Shown: positions 41,907-56,710, numbered from the stretch's first letter. The stretch: 64,000 nt of DNA from Chrysomallon squamiferum (GCA_012295275.1 CM022670.1:6758001-6822000); one strand, 5' to 3'. A program made the numbers and translations. The notes: generated by a model not told the origin, from the letters alone.

Positions 41907-42001
41907 TTCCAATTCCTGGACGGACCTCTTTGCTATACTTGTCTAGAAGTTTGTTTAGAATTCTGCTCACCCTCTTGTTGACGTCGCTGTCTGCCATCAG
42001 C
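41907..42001 (-). CDS. Cys-loop channel exon (N-terminal helix); upstream signal-peptide exon not identified
   Basis: tttcag|...|gtaagt, 95 nt. Translates LMADSDVNKRVSRILNKLLDKYSKEVRPGIG (IL..LL..Y....RP motif). Confidence 0.88.
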
Positions 42002-43680
42002 CTGAAACAACGTCAGCAATCAAGTATTTTAATATTACAACGTCTGGATGTGTACAGACTGGGTATACAACAAACATATTTATGTTTTAGTACAAAGTGC
42101 CACAGGCTACACTAGTTAGTTAACAGCTGATATGTATTTTTTTAAATTTATTTATTTATTTTTTTGTATGTGAGTAAAAGAAAGGGGATAAAATAAAGAA
42201 AATAGAAAGATCTAAAAGAAAAGGAAAGACTAACAGGATCTTTAGTAGCCGAAGGAAAGGAGAGAGATGGGAATCGGAGATGATCAGTTAAAAAAAGTGT
42301 CTGAGAAAATAAAATAAGAAAGCGACAGAAATAACGAGAAAGAGAAAAACAGGATGAATCTAGGAGCAGTTCGACACACACACAGAGAATGAGAGAAAGA
42401 AAGAAAGAAAGAAAGTAAAAAAGGAAAGAAAGACAAAAACTTAATTAGAGACACAGATAAACGACAGAGACAACGAGAGAGAAAGATAAAAAGAATGATA
42501 GATAAAGATGGAGAGAGAGAAATAAATAAACAGAAGGATACACGGACAGAGCGACAGAGAAAGAGAAAGAGAAAGAAAAATTTAGAGGTAAAGATGTAAA
42601 GAATGATAGATAGACAGATGGACAGAGAAACACACATGGACAGAACGCAACAGACAGAGAAAGTCAGATAGTTAGACAGACATATAGACAAATAGATAGA
42701 TTAATTATATAGACACAGACAGACAGACAGGCAGACACAGTAGGCGAGAGAATTCCAGTCTGTTTCGTTCACTCAGTTAAACATAACTGAAGATTAAAGG
42801 CACACCACAGAGAACAACGTGACCGCACTTTGTGAACTAGAAAACCAACACTAAATAACTTTGTGTTTTACGATCACTCAGACTTGGACACACACATTCT
42901 CGCGAGCGGTTGAGATGGAATTGCCTCCCTTGTCGTAAATCTTCATAATCCTCGGCCCTTGTCACGTCGGTCATAACTCGAGATTTCGATTATCGCTAAA
43001 CAGTTGACTTCAGCAGACAGCGACGACGTCGTAAAATCTCACTTTATTGACGGTGGCGCTAACGTGCTTTTCGTACGATATTTGCAAAGGTTGACTTCTG
43101 ATGGTCAGAACAAGATGTAGCTCAGCACGCCTGTCCAGGGCACAGGTCATTGTTTGGAAGGTGAATCATAGTGAATAGAGATCAGAAGAAAAGATTGTTC
43201 ACAGATTTATTATTTACAAATTAACTCTGGTTGGGCGAGATAGCACCAGCTGGGTCCCCTGATCTCTAAACCTTGTCAGAGATACTATAATACAGACGAC
43301 CCTGAAATAGGTTTTCAGCAATAACAAGAATCTAATTCTGAATTTTTCGTATCTTCGGTATTTCAAAACAATGATGGATTCGCTGTTTGTTTTTAGACAA
43401 GAACTTCTATCAAGTCCAATTTGCCCAAGGTCACTGAAAAATGAATAATGGTTTAATGTCTGCTCTTTTAATACTGTAAATCAAATCCTAGGTTTGTTAT
43501 GTGTAATAATAATGGTAGTATCTGAGAAGAAACCGGCAGCCTTCATTCAATGGACACTTTAACATTAGCAACAGTGAACCTTTTATAATTTCTCATACTG
43601 TGAAAAACACGTGTCACGATTTGTTTTACATACCAGTTTCTGAAGCACTGACTATAAAGAATACGAGAGAGAGAGAGAAA

Positions 43681-43782
<102 letters not shown>

Positions 43783-43845
43783 GAGAGACATAAAGAGACA
43801 GAGAGAAATAGAGAAAGAGACAGAGAGAGAATGAAAGAGAGCGAG

Positions 43846-43921
<76 letters not shown>

Positions 43922-45390
43922 ACACAGATGAGGATCGATCCTGCGGGCTGTCAGACGAGCTGTCTGGACACTAATAAAGACTGAAGACTGAGAAGAAAAG
44001 AGACCACGTGATTGTTTACACGTGTTCACGTGATTGGCGGTCTGTCTCTTATAACAGTGTGTTATCAGATTTACACGTCCCAGCCTGTGTTTACACTGAG
44101 ATTACCTAAGTTTAATACTTTCTACAACACAGGGGGGTGGGGGGAAAAGGAAAAAAAAAAAAAAAAAAAAGATGGCAGGCCGAATTATCATTTGAATCTT
44201 TATCGTTTCAGGACATTTAAAACCTTTAAGTATAACAGAAGTCTGATAATAAAATTAAAATCCTTTATATGAAAATTAACAAACGAAAGAAATATCTGCT
44301 TATATATATATATATATATATAGATACAAAATACTTTAGTATGTCTGTTAATATGTCCGTCTGTAAGTATACATTGCCTTTCATGTGTGTGTGTGTATGT
44401 ATGTATCTATATATGTATGTATGTTTATATATGTGTGTGTGTGTATGGTCATGTGAACATGTATGTGCATGTGTGTGTGTATTTGTGTCTGTGTGTATGT
44501 GTGTGAGTACGTCTGACTGTCTCTCTGCTATATAATATTACGGTACAAAACCATAACAGTTTACAAGTTAATCAAATATTTTCCACTAGTGCGTGATGTA
44601 AAGTGACTTTCACTATATTTTATTACAGAATGGATTTCCTGCAGAACAATTTCCCATTCAGAGACAGTTCATGTTATTGCACCAAGATGAAATTTTCGAC
44701 AAACGACAAACGTTCTGACAAATTGGTGCTGTTATCTGTAGCGGTGATAACAGAGAAATAATCAGAATTTGTGTAAATCAAACCTTTGTTGCTGAAGATG
44801 ACACATCACAGTTATTGATTGCAGTTGCTGAAAGGAAAGTTTGGCTTCTTTACCCGTTTCTGTTTGTTTATTTAACACGCAGTCTTCAAAAATACAGCAG
44901 AAATAGAGAGAGAAATATAGAGATAGACAGACAGGCAGAGAGACAGATGAATAGATGATCGATCAATAGATAAATAGATAAACAGAGAGAAAGACAGAAA
45001 GATAAATAAATAGACGTGTAGTTAGACAGATAGGTAGATATATGGATACATAGATGGACATATAAATATAGAGATAAATAGATATATAAATAAAAGACAA
45101 ATTAAAATGTCACCATGAATAAATAAACTGCAAGAATCATGCACATAGATTCAACAGATAGCAAAAATTTCTATCTTAATTCTTTGTCTCTCTCTCCGTC
45201 TCCCTCTCTTTCTCTCTTTTTCTCTGTCTGATTGTCTGTCTGTTGTGTCTGTCTCTATCCGTTTGTCTCTCTGTCTTTATATATCTTTGAATGTCCGTCC
45301 GTCCGCCTGTATGTCTGTCTGTCTCTCATTTTGTCTGTTCCTGCGGGGTTCTTTTCTCTCCACCATCAAAACTCATATTCTGGTAATCAT

Positions 45391-45441
<51 letters not shown>

Positions 45442-45774
45442 TACATTTCTGTATTAGAAATTACATCTAGAGAAATTACACCCAGTAGTAAAAAAATTAA
45501 AATAAAAAATAAAAAATGAAAAATGAAAGAAAGAAAAAAAAAAAACAAAAAAAACCCTCCTGTTTAACCAATTCATAAAACATGGTCTCCTCTCATCGCA
45601 CCCAGACGGTTTATTGAACGGCTTCCCGGGCGAAGAAAGCTGTGAAATATTGGCTCAGTTAATCAAACAATACCTTCAGCAGAAGAGAAAAAAAATGACA
45701 AACTCGACAGACATTCATTACTACCATTGATCTCTCCTTGGGGAACATACAGCCGTCCTGTCGAGTTGTATACG

Positions 45775-46159
45775 AGTTGTAAAATACGCGTGTGTATTTA
45801 ATACAGTGATAAATGCGTGTGTGCTTCATAGTTAGTTATATACAACTCACTGTCATTTTTATATTGTAGAAAACAATATATCAGACTATACAGAGATTTG
45901 TAAATACGTAAGTGTATTTAATATAGTGATATATGGGTGTATGTGTGTGTGTTTTACAGTTATATACAACTTACAGTAATTTTTATATGTGTAAAAATAA
46001 TGTTTTAGACTATGCTGACATTTGTAAATACACTATCGTATTTAATACAGTTATACAAGTATCTAAATTTGATAATGAAGTTGTATGCGCAACACACAGC
46101 GAAGAAAGCTATAAAATACAATGATATATGAGTTGTAATATACGTATGTGTATTTAATG

Positions 46160-46165
<6 letters not shown>
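45775..46165. repeat. Degenerate tandem repeat of about 120 bp, 3-4 copies
   Basis: tgtaaatac...gtatttaat(a/g) recurs near 45778, 45899, 46023 and 46134. Confidence 0.6.
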
Positions 46166-46205
<40 letters not shown>

Positions 46206-46422
46206 CATTTACATATACATATATAGCTAGCTAAGATATATAGAGATATAGATAGAAAAAAAGAAAGTAAGATAGATAGAATAACAGATAACCAGGTAGA
46301 TAAAACCGATTGGAGATTATTAGAAGTTTTCTGCTTTCATTTACATTTTGAAATCTGTTCTAACCAATGTCGGCATTAGAATATGCATCTTAGTTTATTC
46401 AAGTTATTATTGTTGTCAAGGT

Positions 46423-46462
<40 letters not shown>

Positions 46463-46552
46463 TGAATTATTAATATTTGTAACCATAACAAACATGACTG
46501 AACATTAGTTTAATATGTACACTCTAATCCTGTCCATGAACTTTGTCAAGAT

Positions 46553-46583
<31 letters not shown>

Positions 46584-47170
46584 GTCACACACAGACAGTC
46601 ACACACACAGAATCACACACACACACACACACACATATATGTATATAATGTTTAATGTGTGTTGGCAAATAATAAACACGAGAAAAGTAAACAAGAATTT
46701 CACAAATGTGATGAGAAGATTTGCAAAGATCCTAGAGAAGATCTGACTGGAATTCCAATGAAGAAAATCCTGGAGAATCAACAGGAAACCCTTTTCCCGA
46801 GTAGTAATTCATACGTCTTCCATTAATAACAGCTTTTATGGTAATTGTCGAATTTTCTTAATCCGGACTGTGCATTTTTCACGTCTTTCCTCGAAGTCAA
46901 AAAAAAAAAAAAAAAAAAGAAAAAAAAGCGAGGCTGCAAATGTAAAGAGTTTAGCATGGTCACAGCGGCGTGAGAGACAGAGAGAGGAATCGCCAATACT
47001 GGATCAATTCGTTATCACATAACGCTAAGGCCACACGAGTAACTCAAACCCAAATCAAACATAAAAAATTACTTGCTTTTCCAATCCCATTTACCGAAAT
47101 TGTAACCTAGGAAGGCAGACTTCTGATTTTATTTAAACTCGGTCACAAAGAAGAAGAAGAAAGAAAAAAG

Positions 47171-47209
<39 letters not shown>

Positions 47210-48307
47210 AGAGAGCGAGAGAGACTTCTATTACTGAACTGCCAACACACTAAATTGGAAGAAAATGTGGACAGTCTCTGTGTTGGACTGTCGCGGTTCG
47301 ATCTGAAAAAGATGTCAGTGGAAATTAAATGATGATACACAGAGTGAAGAGACACAGTGTGGACTGGGAGGGGGGCACTCAGCTGTTTACTGTTTGTCAC
47401 TTCTGAGACGTACACAGGAAAAAACCACATCAAGACATATGAGAAACTTAGCGAAGAACAAACTGCAAAATTAAACAGTCCAATTAATTCACCGTTAATG
47501 ATAATAAAGAAAAAGTTTATTTTGTTAATTAATTATGGGTTTGTTTTTTTTCCATTTTAATTTCGTTTCTTTTCTTTCTGTAATCTGGTTTTCAAAGAAA
47601 ATATTTCTTTACAGAAATGGTAAAAAAAAAAAAAAAAAAAAAATCTTGAAGAAAAAAAAACTTTTGAGAATGAAGGAAATCAAGCAAGCGGAATCACTTT
47701 TCGTTATTTATAAATAGTGGAAATTAAAGAAGAGCGGATGAGGACGTAATAAAAACGTGATAGTTCGATGGTCTGATCCTGGTGGAAGGTTGTAAAGAGT
47801 ACATTTGTAAGCACGGCCTCGCCACCTCTTAATGGATTGGCTAATACCATTGACAAAAATAACTCTCTTTATACAACCTCAGAGTCCATAATTTTCAGAC
47901 CTGACAGGCTTTTCCAAACCTCAGAACAGTGCCGTTCATTAATCAAACATGAAGAGAGAGGATTACCAAGATGAAGAAACAATTTGGACTTTGATAAATA
48001 GGGTATGACTCTGTAATCTCACCTGAATGTGCTTTGTTTCAGCGTGGTCGGAAGATGAAGTAGGCGAGTTGTACACGCAGGCCTCTGGTACTAAAACTCT
48101 CACAGATCTGACCTTATACTCAGTGTTTATGTAGACACTCATTAATTCTGCGGGACTTTTGGCTTAATCCATGTCTTCACATACACACGCATCCGTCGTG
48201 ATTTTATTAATAATGTTCATACTGGAAGATTTGTTGGTTTTAATGAAGAAAGAGCCAAAGAGAAAGTTTCAGGAGTTCCTGTAGTTTTCTGTGATATTTT
48301 AGTTTTT

Positions 48308-48518
<211 letters not shown>

Positions 48519-50297
48519 TTTTCTTCGTTTTTAATTAATTTTCTCCTATTTACATATGTATTTATGGGTGCTTTTAGGTTTAGTACGTACGTATATATAT
48601 GTGTGTGTGTGTGTTTGTGTATGTATGTGTGGGTCTGCACTTATGTTCGTAATGTTCGTTATGTTCTATTAATATATATATATATATATATATGCACGTC
48701 TACGTGTATGAAACTGTGAATGGAAGAACATTTATTTTAATCATTTTTTTGTAAGACTTCTACTGCTAACTAGCCAATCTCGCGGAAGTGATTCATTTCT
48801 GTGAGTTCCATTGAGTGTACGACGTCCATAAATCTGTGACACAAAGTCCGTTGTAGTCAGATTACAAACATCAATAGATTTGTAACGTTGAGCTTGTTAC
48901 CACCACGTCTCATAGATCAGAACAAGACAAAATCGAGTTACAAGATCTATAAATCTGTATCATAGGACACGTCGCTGTCATCTTGTAAATACACGTTATA
49001 TATAAATCACAGAAATCTAATTGCTCACATTGTCTGCCTGGACGAAGTTAATTGTTAAATTAAATTAGTTTTGTGTAATTGTGTTACAGGGAACAGTGAA
49101 AAGAAATGATCAAAATTAATTATGTTATATGAAATGGTAATATTTAAGTTATCTATTTATTTATTTATTTTAAAGAAGTTTCATGGTTATGTTTCATTTT
49201 TATTTTTAAAAATGTTGATCTGTAGGCGTCCTTGGCAAATGAAATTTTTGTTCATCCTTTCATCTGTCTATTCAAGCATCAATATATCCGTTCACTCCAT
49301 CTCTTTATTTTTTTTTCTCAATAACTACTTAACAAGTTCCAGTGTTTTCGACAACTATCGATATGGAGCTCATTCTTCTCCTGCTGTTTCCACACATCTG
49401 TTCGTACATTGAATGATTAATCTTTTATAGATTTTTGAGTACTAAGTGTACGTATTCAAAAACATTTGTGTGAAATTTTTGTATTAGAAATCTGTCAGAA
49501 CCGTGTAGTTTGCCTACGCATCATGGCGACACAAAACCCAATAACTTCATTAATGAATCATAACTTTTATAATTGCAGTTGTCTCCCGTCCGGAAATTAA
49601 AATTTTGTTACGTATCTGCACTCCCCGTGCATGTTACGTCACGCGATGAATGCCTATTAACAGCAGCACGACGAGAATTCGCCACCAGAGGGCGATCGGT
49701 TACGGTTCTGGCATCGACATTGTTCGGGTTCACATTGCTGGGCAAGAAAGCTCAGCTCGATAGCCAGAAATTGTCTGATTCAGATAACGGATTGTAATTA
49801 AAACTCAGCTGGGGCTATTTGCTAGTGAATGACCCAATCAAATACTTACGATTTTGTACTTCGGCACTCGGCAACGATTTCATCTGCAGGCAATTCACGT
49901 CAGAAATACATGCCCCAGGTTTAATAGCGTGCGATTCAAGCCACGGATTTCCTTTCTGCTGTAGACACATTCATCAGGCGTTTAGAGTAAATTGATAGGA
50001 GTATTGTGTGGTCTAAAACCCACCGCTGAGTAAAGTTACACCGGCGTTTGAGTAGAAGAAATAATTATTTTCCAACAGTTTGTTTCAGACTGTTAAATAT
50101 ATAAATGAAGAGTTCATAGAGGCCAATTACTCGGACCCCAGGTTTTTCTGGGATGTAATAGTAATCGTATTAAGCAGCTATTTTATTTGTTCTCGCTAGA
50201 AATCGTTTATCAGTGACGACGAACTATTTTTTTTTTTTTTTTCACTCCTTGACTGTTTCTTATAAAATATTCCTTCTTCAGTTTTTTTAAATGCACT

Positions 50298-50392
<95 letters not shown>

Positions 50393-50954
50393 GTGTGCCT
50401 CTGTGTGCGTGTATGCTTATATATACATTAACATATATATGTATGTAAGTACATATGTATTTGTGTGTGTGTGTGCGTGGTTTATTGAAGAATTAAACTA
50501 TTATTACATTTATAGCAAACAATGACTTCAGATGTCTAATAAAAATAATAATAACGAATCACCTTCAAGCCCGTCTATCTCAAAAAAAAAACCAGAAGGA
50601 AAAAAGGATGTGATAAAGTATTGTATTTTATCAAATACCCACCGGGCTTAATCTTGGACGGAGATATAATTCGGCTGATATTGTGTGTGTTTTTCAGCCA
50701 CAAGCCGGACACCACAGGCAGATTATTTAATGACGTGCAGGCCAGTGTACGTGGTAATTTCATTACAGTCCACTTACAGATAATTTATACCACCAGCAGT
50801 CTGCCATAGCCGGACGTATGTCACGTACATGACGTGGAGTCTGTGGGCAGCAAACGAGGTGATTACAACGACCTTCTCTCTTTAACCGCGTCGACCTTCC
50901 GCGTCACTGGACGCCGCTGTGGTAGGCGTCACGGAATCACAAACCAGAGATCAG

Positions 50955-51250
50955 AGCATCGTGAAGCTGTGAGCACGAGATCGTGGTCAAATCTTACACC
51001 AGTCGTGTGAAGATGATGGCTGAATCGTGAATCAGCAATCAGAAGATGAGGGTTGAATGGTGAGAATCGGTGATTAAAAAGATCATGGTTCAATAGTGAA
51101 TCAGTGATTAGAAGATCGTGGTTGAATCGTGAATCAGTGATTAGAAGGTAATGGTTGATTCGTGCGTGCTTAGTGATCAGAAGGTAATGGTTAAATCATG
51201 AACACGTGATCAAACAGTCGCGGTTGAAAGATGAACACATGACAGCGTGG
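50955..51250. repeat. Degenerate tandem repeat of about 33 bp
   Basis: Variants of gtgaatcagtgattagaagatcgtggttgaatc near 51028, 51061, 51097 and 51129, with decayed copies on both sides. Confidence 0.7.
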
Positions 51251-52066
51251 TTATCTACAAAGTAAGGACAGATCAACGCAGAACCACTCGTTACTGGATA
51301 AAATGTCACTGACAGATTATTCAGTGTAATCATTAGATCAAACGTCAACGGCGGCTTATTGAATTACTAATAAATGTGTTATTGAGTCACAAGTCATTTA
51401 AACATATGACAAATATATGCTGAGTTATATGCTAAAGAGATTTAATGAGTCACTATGCCAATGAACTTTCTTTTTGCATCTACTTTTTTTTTGCTCTGAA
51501 CTAATGACTGGATATTTATTGACAGGCCAGTGATAAATTGCTCACTTATTAGTCCGAGCTGGATCAGCACAGTCGTAATCTGATTACAGATTATAAAGTG
51601 AACAACCTAATGAACGTTTTGTCGTTAAGAAGTTTTTAATTAACTCATCTGACCCAGTTCAAGACGTTTGATCTCGACTGGATGAAGATGCAGAATGAAA
51701 GTTGAGACTGAATGAAAATGTGTCCTTGTTACTGGAGAATGAAACTAGTGAACAAGATTTTGACTTATTTTTCTGTGTGTTACGAACATATTGCGTTAAC
51801 ACGTAATTGTTACGTTAAGTCGAAATCATCGTAATTAAGACGTTTTAGTGAATGAATGATAAATAAATAAATATGATAATGAATATGAAAAATAATGCTA
51901 ATGATGATAATAAGAAGAAAACAATATATAAAATATGAAATAATATGTGAATGAACGAGGTAAACGTGCATTTGATTATTTAATCTGTGAGTTTTGTTCT
52001 TCTTAAATACTCACCAACTATTCTATTCGTTTTGTTCATATTCTTGCCAGCATTATTTATTTATTA

Positions 52067-52113
<47 letters not shown>

Positions 52114-52811
52114 TATTATTATTATTATTATTATTAATTACTACTACTACTACTAATGCTACTATTGTTATTGTTGTTGCTACTAGTTATATACAATGGA
52201 AATGTCCCACAAACGTTAAAAAAAATAATAATAATAATAAATAAAATAATTATTAAATAAATAAATAAATAAATAAGTAAATAAAACCTTATAAAAATGA
52301 GGTAAAAAAAAAAATAAATAAATAATAACTAATAATGTTGCAGATTTTTTCAGATGACGTATCATAATCAATGACGTCACTAGCTTCCTTCCATGTTGCT
52401 CTTATTCATTTGACGTTTAATTTGCTTTTCTTGTAACATTATTTGTCACTTTGTGGATGTTTCTCTCTGTGGATATCTGGATCAAGTTTTCGTCTTAAAA
52501 CTGTTACACAGCTGTTAACTTCCAAACACGTCTTCGAAAAGTAAGATGTTTAAACTATTAAACCTTTGTCTTCGCAAACCAATAATTTCAGTAATAATAA
52601 TACTAATAATGACAATAATAACAATAACAGTAACAATAATAGTAACAACAACAGCAACAATAATAATATTATTATAATAATAACTTTAATAACATTAGTA
52701 GTAGCAGTAGTAGCAGTAATAAAAAATAAATAAATAAATAAATAAAACAAATCTTTATTTTCAGAAACGGCACGAAAGATCCATTAAAGAAAAAAAAAAA
52801 AAAAAAAAAAA

Positions 52812-53747
52812 ATGGCACCTTTCGACTATTTATCAGCGATAGCTTGTATCATCTGTGCTGTTTTCAGCACCATGGGCAGCCTCCTTATAATGGGGACGAT
52901 TCTACGAGCAAAGTCGCTGAGACGAAACCAGAGAAACATCATCTTACTGGGAATCCTCTTATCCGACCTCGTCATGGGAACGTTTGCTTTGCCGTTCCAC
53001 GCCGAGGTGTTTCTCACTCGCGGAGCCTGGGGTCACGGCTGCACCCTGGAGATAATGGTGGTCGAGTACATCTCCGCCGCCTTCCCTTTCCTCACCCTGT
53101 GGGGCATGGTCGTCCTGCACATCAACCACATCGTCTACCAAGCCCGGTCCGTGAAGCCGGAAACGTCGGCTCTGAACGCGTTCGTTCTCTCCAGCGTCCC
53201 GTGGTTGTTCATGACGCTCATAGTGATACCCATCGCCAGCGACGTGACCCCTCTGCCCGCTGTCCCGGGCTGCCCCTACATGTACGACGCCCGCCTGCTG
53301 ATGCTGCAGACGACGATCAGCTGCTTCCTGCCGTCCTCCGTGCTGCTCATAACGACGCTGATAATCATACTCACGAGGAACATTCCGAAACGGAACGAGC
53401 AGCCGGACCGGGCCGCGCTGCTGTTTGAGGAGAGCGACTCGTCCAAGAACGACAGCATCACGCCGCTCGTCCTCAGCGCTCTCGTGTCGCAGGCGCTGCT
53501 CGTCCCCGCTCACGTCATCTTCACGCTGCCCTCGGACGAAGTCCTTTTCACTTTCGACAACCGCTACCTGTTCTTCTTGGTGCATTTCGTCACGTGGTGC
53601 CTGCCAGGCGTGTTTCCCTTCCTCTGGCTGACAGACGCCGACGTGCGCAGGGAAATGAAGAGCAGACTGCTGTGTGGCAGGCGGCGACTCATCGATTACA
53701 ACACCTTCTCCGAAACCAACGTCAACGACGAGGTTGAACTGGGTTGA
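52812..53747 (+). CDS. Divergent orphan class A (rhodopsin-like) GPCR, intronless ORF, 311 aa
   Basis: Seven hydrophobic segments; ICL1 KSLRR; TM2 LLSDL...LP; ECL1 WGHGC (C3.25); TM4 PW; ECL2 Cys; TM5 FLP; TM6 Pro; TM7 FPFLW followed by helix-8-like DVRREMK. GC3-rich codon usage. Confidence 0.88.
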   Translation: MAPFDYLSAIACIICAVFSTMGSLLIMGTILRAKSLRRNQRNIILLGILLSDLVMGTFALPFHAEVFLTRGAWGHGCTLEIMVVEYISAAFPFLTLWGMVVLHINHIVYQARSVKPETSALNAFVLSSVPWLFMTLIVIPIASDVTPLPAVPGCPYMYDARLLMLQTTISCFLPSSVLLITTLIIILTRNIPKRNEQPDRAALLFEESDSSKNDSITPLVLSALVSQALLVPAHVIFTLPSDEVLFTFDNRYLFFLVHFVTWCLPGVFPFLWLTDADVRREMKSRLLCGRRRLIDYNTFSETNVNDEVELG

Positions 53748-55147
53748 ACACACGCGATTATAGATTTAAACCGCTGGTTGCATTCTTACGAGTAGATACA
53801 TAATATACACGTGTATGTATGTTTAATATTACTTTTAATATAAATATATACACTTTTGAATGTATGTATGTATGTATATACGTATGTATGTTTTCTTTGT
53901 ATGTGTGTGAGTGTGTGTCTTTGTGTTTATGGTATGTGTGTACGCCTATGTGTGCGTGTGTTGGTATGTGTGTGTATCTATAAACATAAATATATATGTA
54001 AGCATGCTAGTATTGCAGCCTAAATTTTATATTTTTTAAGATCACGTTAATATAAGGATATATTTTGTTTAAATATTAAATATATGTACGTATTTGCGTG
54101 TGTATGCACATACTACAAACAATTCGGTTTATATAAAAATAATAAAAGTAATGATGATGATGATGATGAAGAAGAAGATGAAAATGATGATGATGATGGT
54201 GATGTTCGAGTATATACTTGAACAAATTTGAAAAGATTTTTCCTTGATCTAAAATATTTCCGTTGATAGAGAATAATGTTTCTACAAAAAGACAGATACA
54301 AATACAGTTAGGATATACAAAAGATGTAGAAACATCATAACTGTAAATGCAGTGTTAAAATATACAGTGATTTCTTTAATAATATATTTTATCTTTGAAG
54401 TTCTAAGGAATTCATTTACAAGATATTTTGGTATTTGACAATGTTAAAATAATTTTGTATTGGGTTTTGACTCACTCGATATTTATATTTGTATAAGATT
54501 TCTACCGGGTGTACATATTCTTTCAGAGCGCATATATTATATTTTCTTACATTAACTCTATTTACTTGTATCAGATTCTGTAAAACTAACGAATTAAGAA
54601 TAACACTGGAAAAATTAAAAAGTAATAGGAATAAAATAAAATTTTGTATTTATTTATTTTTCTCTTTATTTCACACACACTGAGTTTCGTTAAATGTATA
54701 ATCTGTAATGAACTAAAAAAAAAAAAAAACTATAAAAAAACCAATAGAAAAACAAAAAAGAAAGAAAATAAATAATAAATTAAAAATTTGATAATTAAGT
54801 TTCAATAAATATACTTTTTAGAAGAAAAAAGAAAAACGCTTTCGCTAGAACTGTTATTATGCAAGCAACAAGTTCTCGAATTTTACATGTAACTCATGAT
54901 ACCGATGGTTGGAATGGGAAAAATATATCTGCAGACAGTGGACGGTTTTAATTATACACGTCAATTTGTCTTGAGGGTTGCTCAGTTCACAGAACTGGGA
55001 TTGTTTGTATCTAACGTCTCGTGTTGCTCAGAAGAAATTTGTTCAGTTTATTTCCCTCGTGTTGCTCAGTTGACATGAATGAAAAACTATTTTAAACATT
55101 TTGGTCAGTTCAAAAACGAGCTCTCAGTATCAGCTATTCTCTTGTCA

Positions 55148-55490
55148 GTGTTGCTCAGTTCACAGAACAATCACGTCACTGCTATTTACGTCTTGTGTTG
55201 CTCAGTTCACAGAACAAGTAACGTCACTGCTATTTACGTCTTGTCTTGTTGCTCAGTTCATAGAACAAGTTATGTCACTGTTGTTTACGTCTTATGTTGC
55301 TCAGTTCACAGAACGAGTCACGTCACTGTTATTTACGTCTTGTCGTGTTGCTCAGTTCACAGAACAAGTAACGTCACTGTTATTTACGTCTCGTGGTGCT
55401 AATTTCACAGAACGAGTCACGTCACTACTATTTACGTCTTGTCGTGTTGCTCAGTTCATAGAACGAGTCACGTCATTGCTATTTACGTCT
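55148..55490. repeat. Minisatellite with alternating 51/48-bp units (about 7 units; decayed copies from about 54975)
   Basis: Unit gtgttgctcagttcacagaac(a/g)agt(a/c)acgtcactg(c/t)tatttacgtctt, with or without a 3-bp insertion. Confidence 0.92.
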
Positions 55491-55803
55491 AGTACAAAAC
55501 ACGAGATAACTGAAGGATACTGTAGGTGTAGGTGTATCGCTTCAAACGTGTAATAAATTAAACTTTTAGCTCACTTTCACAAACCAAACAGTCTCCTGTG
55601 AGGACTCACACTGGCCACAGCTGCTCTCTAACATTCCTGTACTGAAACATGTACTTTTTAACCCTGAGGACGAGAAAGTAAAAGTTGTCCTGTGAAGACA
55701 TTTGGAAGAAATTACACCAGATTTTATAGCTTTCACAGACAATCTTACTGCGTAACACTGCTGTAAAACAACTATCTTTAAATATTTGATAAGTCTGTCT
55801 GTG

Positions 55804-55905
<102 letters not shown>

Positions 55906-56636
55906 CTTTTTCTATGAATATGTAAGAGTAGTAGTCGTAGAAATTGTACTAGTCCTATTAGTATTAGCTGTAATAGCAGTAATAGTAGAAGTTGTTAGAA
56001 TAGTAAAGAAAGACGTAGTAATAACAGTAATAATATTAAAAGTAATAGTAGCAGCAGTAATATTAGTAGTAGTAGTAGTACTGGTGATGGCGATGGTGAT
56101 TTTGATGGTGGTAACAGAAGGCAGAAGAAGACGGTATTGGGGTAATATTAACAGTATTGTACGAATATTAATAACAGTATTAATAATAATAAAGGTGACA
56201 AGGATAGTAATAGCATCAGTGATGGAAGTATTAAATATAACAGTAGTAATTACACAAAAATAACAATAATACAAAAAAAACCCCACAATAACAACAGTAT
56301 TAACGTTACCGCACTGGGCGGATTTTAACAAAACCTACAATTTATTTTTAAAAAATGCCCATGTCAGGAAACCAGTCAGCATGAAATTGGAGTGTCATAC
56401 AATTTTAGAGAATCAATATTTCTTCTCAAATATAATTGATGATGAAGCAAAAAACAAAGTGAAATTAATGAGGGAAGGATAAATAGACTGAACTTTGCCT
56501 CATGTCGACATTTTCTCTAAAATTATCTGACAGAAATATTTCTAAAAGTTTAGAAAATTTGTTCATGCGATCCTCTTGATACATTTCTAAAATTTTGGTT
56601 GTTGTCGTTATCATTATTATTATAGTCATTGTTACA

Positions 56637-56710
<74 letters not shown>

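Noticed and set aside
49850-49883. 34-nt AG/GT-bounded minus-strand segment as an extra channel exon (EIVAECRSTKS)
   Set aside because: The 3' phase fits, but there is no homology or signal-peptide character and the acceptor is mediocre; not supportable without cDNA.
52959-53753. 264-aa antisense ORF and 194-aa alternative-frame ORF over the GPCR; also antisense ORFs over the anmK exons
   Set aside because: Shadow ORFs expected from GC3-rich coding sequence; no recognisable motifs.
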